The notes under the pieces: model-generated
Databases searched by the model: none
The model's input: the letters and a program-made list of their open reading frames with translations, nothing else
Told to the model about the DNA's origin: nothing
Translations under genes and position numbers: made by a program
DNA from: Sarea resinae
Taxonomy: Eukaryota
Direction: 5' to 3'
Length of the DNA stretch: 37,996 bases
NCBI GenBank assembly: GCA_026026165.1
Contig: JAPEUD010000084.1
Coordinates: forward strand, 62,001 to 99,996
Shown here: piece by piece, positions 12,009 through 24,128 of the stretch
Layout: each line of letters starts with the position of its first letter
Position numbering within the stretch: the stretch's first letter is position 1

Positions 12009-12792
12009 ATGCTACTTCGGCAAAGCCAGCGATTGCTGCACAACGCAAGATCCAATTCTACGCTACCTATTTTACCTTCACTCATATCCAGGCCAAGTGC
12101 GTATCAACACCTCTTGCGAGGGCTTGCGTCAACGTCGTCGTCTTCTTCTGCGACCTCCAGCGTCCGCGATGATGATGCGCCAAGCGAAGCAGACATAGCT
12201 GCTGCGAGACAGTGGCTTCTGGACTTTAACGACAATCCCAGTGCAATACCAAAAAGCATATGCAATGTTTCATTTAGCAGATCCTCTGGCCCTGGAGGGC
12301 AGAACGTGAACAAGTAGGTGACACATTAATAGACTTAAACTCCAATTGACGACTATCGTGGAAAAAGACTCAACACAAAGGCCCAGCTCCGTGTGCGCCT
12401 GGGTTCGCTGCTTCCGCTAATCCCAACAATATTGCATCAGCCCCTTCGAGAATCAAGATTTTACTCGGCCAATTCAGATGTCCTGTTGGTCCAGTCAGAC
12501 TCAAGCCGCAGCCAAAGCGCGAATGCAAGTGAATGCTTTCAAAAATTACATAGTCTAGTCGGTGACACCGGCAGGCGGGCGATTCGGGGAGAGACTTCAT
12601 TGCAGCAAAAGAACAGAGTAAAAGGCTTGTATGTAAACACCCCGTGACCCTCCTAGGTCACGATAGTACATCTAGTAGGTCGTTGACCATATCCATAGGC
12701 AGAATGCAGGAAACGAAGCCAGACTCAGATTAAAGAAGACGCATAGCAACAAGAAGAGTGCGAGGAAGAGTAGAGGTCGCCCAGATTATTGA
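12009..12792 (+). CDS. PTH4: Mitochondrial codon-independent peptidyl-tRNA hydrolase (ICT1/Pth4/YaeJ-type RF-1 domain). Exons 12009-12313, 12368-12628, 12699-12792
   Basis: SFSRSSGPGGQNVNKLNTKAQLR carries the GGQ motif. Also present: QSDSSRSQSAN, a basic C-tail (RLRLKKTHSNKKSARKSR) and a presequence-like N-terminus. Confidence 0.88.
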
Positions 12793-12837
12793 GAAGCGCT
12801 TGTAGATATGGATAATTGCCCGATGCGACTTTATCCG

Positions 12838-14243
12838 CTACCCATTGTGGTCTACTGCTCCCTGAATTCGTTCTTCGAAGCCCCATCGATTTCTTCCCAT
12901 TTGTTGAACAATCTGTGCATCATCCTTCATTCCAGCTTCGTGCAAGGTCCTTAACAAGAGCGTGAAATGACCGAGTTCAACTCTTTGATCCTCTACGTCA
13001 ACTTCCTCGATATTACGCACAGCTTGTCGAAGCGTCACGAATAATACCTTTTGGATAGCTGGATCCAAGCCCTCGATTGATGATAGCCCTGCTATCCAAG
13101 CGGCAACACCCTCCACCAACCGCAACTTAGGCTTGGCCTTTCTTAATGATAGCCTCAGTCTTTCAATTGACTTCCCTAGAGCGCTTGGAAATTCCGGCGA
13201 TTTGGCCTCGATACCGATAACTGGCTGCCGGATGAAGCAGCCTAAGCTCAGGGGACTCTCTGGTGTATTCATCAGGAGACAGTCGACAACATGCTGCAAA
13301 ATAGTTGACAAGCATGGCAAGCCTTCGAATTGTGTGAACATGTCGAAAAAGTTATCGCCAAGCTCGTCGCTCATTTCAAAATGCTTCATTCCGGCGTCGA
13401 ATATCGCCAGGGGTATTGCGCCAGTAAGAGCGGGTGCTGTGCTCAGATTCTGTAAAGCTGCTTGGTCAAGCTCGTCGTCTCCTCGCAGACTCGGGTCTAC
13501 ATCTTCAGCTGTGATAGCAGGAAGTGCTATTAAATCAGCATTTGGATCATCCAGGACTGTCTTATCATTACTCCTCGGTCGTTTCTCATCCAGACCTAAT
13601 ATTTGCCGTCTTGCTGAAATTTTGGCGATGTAGATCATCTCCAGCTTCGCGTACTCGAGCCACAGCAATTTTGAGCTTTTGCAAAAGCGCAATCCCCGCT
13701 GCATGTAGCTTCGTGCTGCCGTCATATCCGCTGTCGATTCAATGGCATATTTTGCAGCATAAATCCACAGTTCCGGTTTCGTAGGATGCATCCTTAGGAC
13801 ACTGGTCAAGATTTGAGATAGTTTCTTGTTCGCCTTCTCCTTCCGCGCAAACTCAATGTATTGCATCCATAGCCCGACATCGCCGTGAAACTTTCTCGTG
13901 GCTCGATCGAGTATGAAAAATATTCGCCGTTGGCCGGCGTGAGTGGTGGCTTTGATACCCAGTCGTTTCACACGTTTCCGCCGCAGCGATTCTAGATTCA
14001 TCTCATACTCTGCATAGCGGGCGTAGTCGGAAGGACGGGACCCTCGACCGTTGAGTTTGTGTTCAAAGTCGGATCGTTTTTTGGTAATGGCTATGATTTC
14101 ATCCTTGAGTTACGGTAAGCCACTGGATAGAGACTGGCATTGTGAGACCTTACCTTGCCAAAGATTTTCTTTCTTTGGTACTCTTGCAATTCTGGAACGG
14201 ACTGCTCGAGATAGAAGCGCGCCTTATCGCTAGCAGCGGCCAT
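12838..14243 (-). CDS. UTP6: U3 snoRNA-associated protein 6 (SSU processome, HAT repeats). Exons 14243-14154, 14103-12838
   Basis: MAAASDKARFYLEQSVPEL...DEIIAITKKRSDFEHKL...DYARYAEYEMNLESLRRKR, RATRKFHGDVGLWMQY and ARSYMQRGLRF...LWLEYAKLE. Confidence 0.94.
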
Positions 14244-14950
14244 GTTCGAGGAACGTCTCCGCTTTATAGAAGGCCTCGAGGTGTGATGATCCTGCCAGAT
14301 CTATCTCGATAGATAAACACTTTGGGTATTCTTAAGGTATGGTAGTGTGAGGTGGGAAGCAGATCCGACATATTTTCTTTGAGCGTGAAGTACTCCGGAG
14401 TAACCTGTGCGGTAAGCGCCAGAGACTGTACTCGGAAGTAGAGTAAAGTACCTTACTGTGAGCATATCGGTACTCGGGCACAATACTGCGCAGTACGTAT
14501 CTACTATGTAGTGGGAAGACCTCGAGTACCTGATTAGGTCTGAGGGACCTCGCGAAACCATGCTGCGCGTATTCGTACATGGTAAATGGCCTGCCTGCAT
14601 CTGGCGAATTTTCTTCTTTAATTTAGTATGAATTGGTATCCATTTCGAAGTTCCATTAACAGCATCTGTCCATTGACCAGGCGAGATTCTGGAGCGATTA
14701 CGGCTGTCATTCGAATCATTGCTGCCACACACAAGATGCGAAGTGGCTGTTCCGCTTGCTTCACTTTCCCTTCTTACATCTGTACAGCCCACATTGTTTG
14801 CATGTCGGTGCAAGCATAGCTAGCTACCCAGGTAGAGAGTGCACGGCAAGCAGCAACGGCGCCTCCACCCTCCAATCACCATCCCTCTTCATACCTCGAC
14901 CAGTCGACACATTTTGGTGCTGCCCCAGGCAAATCTTCCGTGCCAGCAGT

Positions 14951-16075
14951 ATGATGGCTTCCGCATTCTCCCAGTATCACCCTTCCCGGGTCCGATCATA
15001 CATCTTCCGCCTTCCTCTATTCACCCGCATCATTCTTTTCTTAATCATTGCTCTCTGGCTTGTTACATTACCAGCCGTGTGGGATGTTGCCCAGTGGGGA
15101 GCGTTGATACCTAATGAAGTAGGCATAACCACTAGTAAGTGCTCCAAGACCGCATCCTCTCCAAAGCCTGTATGATAGAATTGAAGCTGACTTGGTTCTC
15201 GTCAACAACTGAAGTGTACCGATTGAACACCTATCCTCTAATTCATGTGAACGTCTTCCACGCAATCTTCACGACTTTAGCTGTTGTTCCTCTATTAGAG
15301 CGCTTCGAAGCAGAACATGGCACCCTGATGACAGTCGCTATGATTACCGGACGTGAGTAATATGGTCCCAGCTACAGTTTCTTGGGTTGATAGGGTGTTG
15401 ATGAACTTCAGCCTTTTCTACTTTCCCGGCTGCCTTATATCTTTTGTTTGAAAGGGGCTTGATGAGGGGGAATACTGCAGTTATGGGTGCGAGGTTGGTA
15501 CAAACATATCCCCGTTTCACCTTGAATCACGTACTCACCAACCTTTCAGCGTATGGGTTTTTGTCCTTCTATCTGTCGAGGCTATGAAAACATACAGGTC
15601 CAATCCATCATTCAGGTTACTATCCCTTGAAACACCATTGATATCGAATCTTTAGTACTGACTCAAAATCAGCTTGGGTTCTTACAGCATACCCACCTGG
15701 ACAACTCCCCTGATATTAATGCTCTTCATTGCTTTCCTAATATCAGGCACAAGCTTCGTTGGTCATCTTTCTGGGGCCGTCGTCGGATATCTTTGTCAGT
15801 GGACCCTATGGTTGTCGTAATTACTAGAAGACTGACAGCTACACATTAAAGTCGGACTGGGCTACTTGAAAATATTTGCCCCACCGGAAAAGGCGCTTCG
15901 CTGGGTTGAAGCAAAATTGGAGCTCCTTATGAGGCTTCCTCATTACGTCTCGGTCGATCGAAAGACCTACGGGCGTTACGGCGTTTTACCATCAGCGACA
16001 CCTACGTTGGCTGGGGCCGCCGAGGGCTCAGTCCCTATGACCTATCTGGGTTCTACACAGCGATTAGGCCCATGA
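14951..16075 (+). CDS. RBD2: Rhomboid intramembrane serine protease, Rbd2 type. Exons 14951-15134, 15215-15352, 15412-15493, 15550-15615, 15673-15794, 15852-16075
   Basis: Several TM segments, YRLNTYPLIH, ERFEAEHGT, catalytic Ser in MGASVW and catalytic His in FVGHLSGA. All five introns preserve the frame. Confidence 0.9.
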
Positions 16076-16699
16076 CCAAGCATTACATCAGGCTTTGTCA
16101 AACTCTCCACCCTGGTTAGACTGCTCTCGGCTCCTCTACTGGGATCTTCATAGACAGACCTTATTTGAAGCCTCGGGCTTGATTCAGGTCTAATTGTCCT
16201 CGGAGCGTGTCTTTACAAGCTATGAGTACCGTATGATGGATGTGAACTTTAGTTTATGAGTTCACGCGGATCCGTTACTTACTAGGTAGTCCTTGGTCCT
16301 TAGTCGAACATGTAATATTAATAATTTACTTTAGAACGGAGGAGGAGAAATACTTTAGGATATCCGCATAGGGCAATACTCCATAGAAACTAGTACCTGC
16401 TCCGTACCTCACATCGCAAATACTACTCCGTATCCATTAGCCCAAGGTACAGGTAGGTACTTACCTTAGGTCCCAGGTCCGAGCTAGCCCCCTGCATCGT
16501 TCTGTTACTCGTGCAAGCATAACGTAAGGTACCTTCCAAGGTCGTGTAAGGTACGAAGTACCTCCTAGAACACACTGCTTAGTGCCATTCATGTGATGAT
16601 ATCAATCGATATTCAACGGTGCACTTTCTCCCACCGAGAGGAGATAGCTACTTTCACGAACATTCGTGGCCGTCACGGTCCTTGTCTCTCGCATTTGAG

Positions 16700-18777
16700 A
16701 TGGCATTGATATGTACAACATCCTCTCATCCCTATTGTGAAAATTATAATCTCTGACCGAGTCAAAGCCCCAGCCATCTTGACGTTGCGACACGACCCTC
16801 GGATCCTCAAGTTTCCGCCGTACCTTTCCACGCTCTGCGTTGTCATCGGAGTCATCTGGCTTCTTCTGCTTCCACTTGATGGTTATTCCCGTCAAACATA
16901 TATTTCAGAGAATGCTCTGTTGCCCGGCCAAGTGCACACGTACTTCGGCGGTAGCGAACAAAACGTGTTGAGGGCTTACAGATACGAGGTTGAAGCACTG
17001 GCCGGCCAGGAAGATGCTGGGTAGGAGCTCCCCTGTGGGACAGTACCCGCCCTTTCAGTCTACACCGACACTAACGCTGAGCTTCACTCAGCATTGCGCA
17101 TAAGCTCGAAGAAATATTCAGGTCGTCAGGGCTCAAAGTTGCTCGACAAAAGTATGAATACGTTTCATCCGGAAAACCATATATAGGGGAGAATGTGTAT
17201 TCGATACTGCGAGCGCCAAGAGGTGACGCTACAGAAGCAATTGTGCTTGTCGCGGCGTGGACGAACATGGCCGACGAAGTCAACACCAACGGAGTTGCCC
17301 TCGTCCTTACGTTGGCAAGATATTTCAAGCGTACGTCTGCAAATCGGCATGTCTGAAGTTGAAAGTAACATCTATGGTGATTAGGTTGGTCACTTTGGTC
17401 CAAAGACATCATCATCCTTGTGGCAGGTGACTCTAGAGCGGGACCGCAAGCATGGGTCGACGCTTATCACAATGTTCATTCGCCCGACTCAATAGAGTCT
17501 TTGCCCCTCAAAAGTGGAGCTTTACAAGGTGCTGTAGTCGTCGACTATCCTTTCACGCATGGATTTCAATCCATACACGTGGTCTATGATGGGGTCAATG
17601 GTCAATTACCAAACCTTGATCTCTTCAACACTGCAGTCTCTATAGCCACTGGCCAGATGGGCATAGGAGCTACGCTGCAACAAATGTGGAAGCACAGTGA
17701 TTGCTACAAAGACCGCCTGCAGACCATGCTGCGGGGAATGCTTAGCCAGGGCCTCGGGCATGCTTCTGGTCCTCATAGCAGCTTTATTCCTTACCACGTT
17801 GACGCAATCACGCTGCAGGCTGTTGGCGAAGGCTGGCATGATGAAATGTCCATGGGAAGGTCAATAGAAAGCATCTTTCGGAGCTTGAATAACCTCCTTG
17901 AACACTTCCATCAGAGTTTCTTCTTCTACCTCCTCATGCAGGCCAATCGATTCGTGAGCATAGGAACATATCTTCCAAGTGCCATGTTAGTTGCTGTCAA
18001 CTTCACCATCATGGCAATTGCCTTATGGATCCAGAGCGGGCGCCCAACGACTCCAAATATTGCGTCGACTAAGAGCGCAGATAGTCTCGAAGACAAGACT
18101 CATGTAGTCCATCTTGATGAACTAGCTGCTGTTGTCCCTGCCGAGAGCCTAACAATATCTGAACGGAAGCTTTTTCTTCCTCTCACACTCGTGATCGGAA
18201 TACATTTCCTCGGATTTATTCCCTTGCACATCTTCAACCACTCGTCTATAAAGGTAGTCTGTCCCGTCTTTCTTTTTTATGCCGTCATACTGACTGCAAC
18301 TAGAACAACACGGCAATCTTCTTCGCATTCATGGGGTTCAATTTTTGTCTTCCATACTTGATTGCCGCCTGTCTCATTCGCTACTTCCAACCTAGTCGTC
18401 AACATTACCTCCTGATCAAATCCTTTTCTCTCTTGCTACTTGGCATGTTTCTTTCCGCCTTAGCCACTCTAAATTTCTCTTTATCAATCCTCGTTGGGCT
18501 TTTGTCAGCTCCGCTAGTCTTTGCCCGTCCGCTTTTCAGATGGGCCTATGTCGGAGTTACTTCAAGTGTACTCCTTCAGCTAATCGCACCAACGACTATA
18601 GCCCTCGCTGCCTGCTCTTATTGGGGATTGCTTTTGAGAGATTTACTGATCGAGGCTGCTTTTGGTTGGGATGTTTGGGGCATGTGGACCCAGGTAGTGA
18701 TATGGTGCGTCTGGTGGCCAGCATGGCTGACCGGTGCTGTCTTGCTAGCAGCGTCGCCATTTGAGCCTGTGAAATGA
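16700..18777 (+). CDS. GAA1: GPI transamidase component Gaa1. Exons 16700-16712, 16768-17020, 17092-17330, 17385-18253, 18304-18777
   Basis: TYISENALLPGQV, RAPRGDATEAIVL, RWSLWSKDII, DGVNGQLPNLDL, RSLNNLLEHFHQSFFFY and FVSIGTYLP, followed by C-terminal TM helices. The exon 2 acceptor could instead be the in-frame CAG 6 nt downstream. Confidence 0.94.
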
Positions 18778-19266
18778 GGTGCAGCAAACAGTTATACCTC
18801 CTTCAAAAGATGAATATGATAAAAGGAACTGATGCGTGTACGCCATATGGGCACCATGCACTGTTCACTCGGCCACGGGAACGACGAGTTCCTTGTCAAC
18901 GACTGAATAGGATTACCTGTACCTCAACCGTACTACTTGTTAGCTAGAAAGGAACATCTTGTCCATGGTTTGGACCTTTCCCACCCTAAGTGCAGCAATC
19001 ATACACACTAGGATCAGCTTCGCGAATAGCCAGGGATTATGGTTCAAAATATTCTCCTTCCGAAAGCGTGAGCTCGAACGAAATGTTAGGTGATAAGGCT
19101 AGAAGTCGGCTCCGAGACTCTTCGCAAAGAACCAAAACCGGAGAAACAGTGATGACTTCAAACGCCACAAAGCTGCTACATTATCCGTCCCTACCGACGT
19201 AGAATTACAGTGACCCCGCTAGAAGATGTGACAAACCCTGAGGACCTTCGAAATCATCGCCAGATT

Positions 19267-20517
19267 CTATGCAGCCCAAACGTCTCTTCCGACGCCCTCA
19301 ATCCAGTTACCCAGCTGGTTAACGCTAGAATCCCATTCACGCAGCCTCATCCTCATGTTTTCTATCTGCTTCATGTCCAATACCTTTGGCTGCACCCAAT
19401 TGATCCTTGCAACCTCGGCAACCTGATCGATGCTCCCCCTTAGGAGTCCCAAGCTCAATGCTTTCATTATCAGGTGCTCAATCTCGTTGGGTTGCACTTT
19501 CGTTTCCTCTGAGATAGTTGCGAATGTCATTGCACGATCATGCGGCGGACGGCGGAAGACAGTCTCAGTCAGAGCGGACAATGAGATTTTCTGGTACAAG
19601 AACAGCTTATGCTCGTCCAGTAATTTGTTTTTCGAGATATTGCCGGCGAGGACATCGTAAGCGGCCAGATCACCCCGGTTGAAAGCAAAGAGGAGGTCAC
19701 GAAGCCATGCATGGGGAGTATTGACAAGAGAGTCGAGAATCGGATGAAGTAGAAGCTCGCCGAAATTGTAGATAGTGTCAGATACGAGAGCAGCAATACT
19801 GAGATCGTAGGCCCGTGTCTCTCGTTCATGTGGCGTAAGATCTTTGAGATCTATGCAGGCCAGGTATAGGAGAGCATTTTTGTAGTAAGAAGCAAATTCG
19901 AGTTTGGCCTAACAGCGACTCGTCAATAGTCTTCTCAGAAAAGGTGCGAAGGGAAAGTGACGAACGTGGTAGTAATCCGCATTGATGCGGTAGAAGGATG
20001 CATGGACTACAGTTTCAACTGAATCAAAAGAGTCCAGGATCTTCTCTGCTCGATCGAGCTCTTGTCGAGCTCCGTCATAATCTTGAAATTGAAGCTTCAC
20101 ACTAGCCACGGCAACAGTAGCGTAAACAAAAGCATCCTGTGAGGAAGGTTTGTTGACCTTCTCAGCTAGAGAAGTGAGGAACGAAAGACGCTCTTGGTCA
20201 TCTAAGACCTTGTTAGACACCCTTTTCCTCGGCCGAAGGCCTGACTTACCTCTGCATTGAGTGGCAGCATCTAGACCCAGAGTAACAAGCTTGAGCTGAT
20301 TAATTTTATCGGCGAAGCTGAGGACGAAATTCTTGTAGAGAGCTAAGCGCTGTGGTCCGCTTCCTGGGTGGTTGAAATATTCGACAAGCACGTCTGTAAG
20401 CTGATGCCATAGTCTCCGCTCCCAATAGTCTTCGAATGACATAAAAAGGTGCTGTAGACCTGGCGGAGCGGCATCTCGTTGATCGGAGAGGAAGTTGGGA
20501 ATTGTGTCCAGGTCCAT
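19267..20517 (-). CDS. RPN9: 26S proteasome lid subunit Rpn9 (PSMD13, PCI domain). Exons 20517-20250, 20201-19966, 19908-19267
   Basis: WERRLWHQLT, KINQLKLV, YYKNALLYLAC, IYNFGELLLHPI and EHLIMKALSLGLLRGSIDQV...WVQPKVLD. Confidence 0.96.
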
Positions 20518-20991
20518 CGCGACGACGAAGAGTCAAAGGGAGAATTGATATCGACTTGTCCGTCACTTACACTTGTGGGGGCGAGTATGAATGAAGAAGG
20601 AATGCTTCAGTGCCTGGTCATGGGACGAAGCAGTAGAGAAGAACTACTCGGATATGAGGGGATTGTCAAGTCGATTGATGTCTTCCAGATCGTGTCTTCA
20701 CGACAATACGAATGGAACTCCGGGTGACGACTTGTCTACCTACCTAAGCTGACCTATCTTTCTCCAGCGTACATAGTACCTACCTCCAGCTGCCATGAAG
20801 GTACCCAGTGAAAGTACCTCTCTCCTGGTACCGATAGCTCGACCGCGGGACGTCTTAGGGCGGAGATTGCCGCTCTCACACTCCTCACTCCATCTGGACT
20901 CCCGACCGAACTCGACTTCATCCAACTACCAACACTCGGGATTCCTCAGCCAACCCTTCTGTCCGTATCTCGAGTGGCCCATCTGCGCACA

Positions 20992-22635
20992 ATGCAGAAA
21001 TCTTGGTCTTCGTCTGCGGCAAAGAGCCTTCGGGCTACTGGTCGGACGCAGCACCCCTCGGTCCCTTCAATTGCTCCTCGAAGATGTATCCAAGATGTGA
21101 GCATCACTCGTACCGGAAGGCCCATTATCAAGGTTCAGGGTGGCAGGTAAGTCGTGCCTCAGGTATCGATGATCAACGTCTAGACTAACGGTTTGTTTTG
21201 GTCCGAAGATCTTCTCTTGGAGGTATTTAAATCTTTGCATTTAGATCCGATGGCCATTCCTGACATGTCTCTCACACAAAGGCCATACCGCAACTGTCTT
21301 CGGAGCTACAGGCTTTTTGGGTCGATATATTGTCAACAGGCTTGGTATAGTACTCTAGATATCCGAATTGGTTATCAGAACGATGAGGCTAATTGAATGT
21401 GTCTAGCCCGTCAAGGCTGTACCGTTGTCGTTCCCTTTCGAGAGGAAATGGCAAAGCGCCATCTGAAGGTCGCTGGAGATCTTGGTCGAGTAGTATTCAT
21501 CGTACGAGCAATCACGAAATCAAACGAGATGAAGATCCCAGCTAATAGTTGCTTTTAAATAGGAATACGATTTACGAAATACCCAATCACTGGAAGAGAG
21601 TGTGCGCCATTCCGACATCGTGTATAACCTCGTGGGCAAAACCTACCCTACCAAGTAAGCCTCTCTTCTTATCCGGTTGTTTTCGAGCAGACACTTACAT
21701 GTATACTAAAGAAACTTTGACTTTGAAGACGTACACGTCGAAGGCGCAGAGCGCATTGCTGAAGCCGTGGCTAAATATGATGTCGATCGCTTCGTTCACG
21801 TTTCGTCCTACAACGCAGATAAAGACTCACCATCTGAGTTCTTCCGGACTAAGGTGAGTCACGCCGAAGGAATGATTCTGTGGATGCACTGCTAAAGCAT
21901 ATGAAGGCTCGTGGTGAGGAAGTGGTTCGCAGTATCTTCCCGGAAACAACCATCGTCAGGCCTGCGCCCCTCTTCGGCTTTGAAGATCAGCTTCTGCACA
22001 AGCTTGCAGGAGTGACAAATTTGTTGACTTCAAACTACATGCAGGAGAGGTTCTGGCCGGTCCATGTGTGTTTTACTCCAATAACGCGCATTTTGCTAGT
22101 CTACTTACTGATTGTTTAACAGGCCGTTGACGTCGGGCAAGCTCTTGAAGTCATGTGCCAAGATGATAGTACTGCTTCGCAAACGTTCGAGCTCTACGGA
22201 CCAAAGAATTATTCTACTGCTGAGATCGCTGAATTGGTCGACAAAGAGATCATCAAACACCGTCGCCACCTCAATATTCCAAAGCGTATTCTGAAGCCTA
22301 CAGCAAATCTGTTGAATCGATTTCTATGGTGGCATACCATGTCTGCTGATGAGGTCGAAAGAGAGTTCATCGACCAGAAAATTGACCCTAGTGCGAAGAC
22401 CTTTAAAGATCTTGGTATCCAGCCTGCCGAGTTGAGCAACCTTACATTTCACTACCTGGTGAGTCTCCGAAATCCTGCAAGCACTGCAAGCAGCTATGAT
22501 AGTGAGAGATCGCCTAATACGTGTCTCATGAATTAGCAAGGGTATCGAAGCGCAGCATTTTACGACCTTCCCCCTCAGACCGAGCGAGAAAAGCGAGAAG
22601 AGAAGAAATACCTCCACGTCATCGACGACCAGTAG
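20992..22635 (+). CDS. NDUFA9: NADH:ubiquinone oxidoreductase 39/40 kDa subunit (NDUFA9, SDR fold). Exons 20992-21146, 21209-21222, 21282-21344, 21407-21501, 21563-21654, 21712-21853, 21907-22065, 22123-22458, 22537-22635
   Basis: [60 protein letters not shown] and TIVRPAPLFGFED, plus a presequence-like N-terminus. Confidence 0.96.
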
Positions 22636-23129
22636 GTGGTGTACGTCCTACTCTGACAGGAAGATGGAACCTATTGTACATTTGACAAAACAAATTCTTG
22701 AAAATCTCAAGGCTGGACGTTTATGCGATTTCCGGCATCAGATAGTGTGCTGTTTCACATGAATTTACCTACATGCAAAACTAAATCACGCTTTTCTATC
22801 TCCTCGGACCTACAAATACACACTTTGAAGCCGATGGCGTATTATGAGATTCCGTAGTAGATACTTTTTGTCATTAAGGACTCGTGGTAAAGACCGAAGT
22901 CCATCAGTGGGGCAATATAACACCCACCAACGTCGATCGTGGCCTCACAAAGCTTCCCCTTTCGAAAGCAAACGGCTGTTTAAGCGCTCTCGGTACCAAC
23001 GAGTTGGGTAAGGAGGCCGGGCGGGTTTGTAGATCAACCGAGGTTGCTGTGAGGGGTCGCTACGATAAGTATCCATTCTGCAGATGGATTCCTGGCCTCT
23101 ATTCTCATACACTTTCAAATTAGAAAGGC

Positions 23130-24128
23130 ATGGCCGCACAACTTGTACCGATGCCCGAAATCGAGAAGCTCAGTGCTATAGTAACAAGAGTGCTGGGCGG
23201 GAATCCGGGAAAGGTAGGTAGGCTGCTTTGAAATATCCTTTGCAGCCATCGTGGCTGACTCTAGACACAGTTCACACTTCAAGGTCTGTAAAGGACCAGC
23301 ATGCTATCTAACGTGATGCTTACATTTCGGGTTCGGCAAGGCACCAACACGTACTTGGTGGGGAAAGGCCCTTGGCGTCTCCTGATAGACACAGGAGAAG
23401 GGAAATCTTCGTGGATCAATGCGTTGACCAACGTCCTACAATCAGAAAGGGCTAGCCTACATGGAGTCATATTGACTCATTGGCATCATGATCATGTCGG
23501 TGGTGTGTCTGATGTTCTGAAGTTCTTCCCAGATGCAAAGGTATACAAGCATCAGCCAGGGGTGGGACAGTTGGATCTTCGAGATGGGCAGAAGCTGGCG
23601 GTGGAGGGGGCCACTCTGAGAGCCTTTCACTGTCCAGGACACACTGCTGACCACATGGCCTTATTTCTTGAAGAAGAAAATGCCATGTTTACTGGGGACA
23701 ACGTTCTCGGCCATGGAACAGCTGTATTTGAGGACCTTATTGCGTACCTCAGAAGCCTCAATCAAATGCAACACCAATTTTCTGGCCGAGCATATCCTGG
23801 TCATGGCGCCATTATCGAAGCTGGAAATTCAAAGATCGTTGATTATATCGAACATCGGAAGCAGCGAGAGTATCAGGTTCTAGAGGTCCTAGGAAATGGG
23901 GAAACATCACAAGTCTCTTCAGTATCACTCAATAGGAAAGAGCAAGATTTGGCGGATTGGACGTCGATAGAAATTGTCAAGGTGATATACAAAGACGTCC
24001 CCGAAAATCTCCATCTACCGGCGGAAAGGGGGCTGCTACAAATCTTGAGGAAGCTTGAAGGAGAAGGCAGCATAACACACAATCAAGCGACAAACAAATG
24101 GCGTCTTCGAAATCGTGCAATTTTGTGA
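23130..24128 (+). CDS. LACTB2: LACTB2-type metallo-beta-lactamase-fold hydrolase with a C-terminal winged-helix-like extension. Exons 23130-23213, 23271-23283, 23341-24128
   Basis: RVLGGNPGKFTLQGTNTYLVG, LIDTGEG, metal motif THWHHDHVGG, PGHTADH, FTGDNVLGHG, YPGHG and a C-terminal EIVKVIYKDVP...ILRKLEGEG. Confidence 0.88.

Noticed and set aside
14301..14813. 170-aa minus-strand ORF between UTP6 and RBD2
   Set aside because: It has no recognisable domain and runs through the TAC/GTA motif island of a divergent promoter.
22900..23070. Possible structured RNA (ATCGTGGC/GCTACGAT and CCTCACA/TGTGAGG pairings; CTTTCGAAAG hairpin) upstream of the LACTB2 gene
   Set aside because: The stems are short and I could not find SRP, RNase P/MRP, snRNA or snoRNA signature motifs on either strand. 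An Rfam scan would settle it.
2103..24128. Zn2Cys6 factor plus metallo-beta-lactamase as a secondary-metabolite cluster remnant
   Set aside because: They are about 19 kb apart with no PKS/NRPS, tailoring enzyme or transporter between them.
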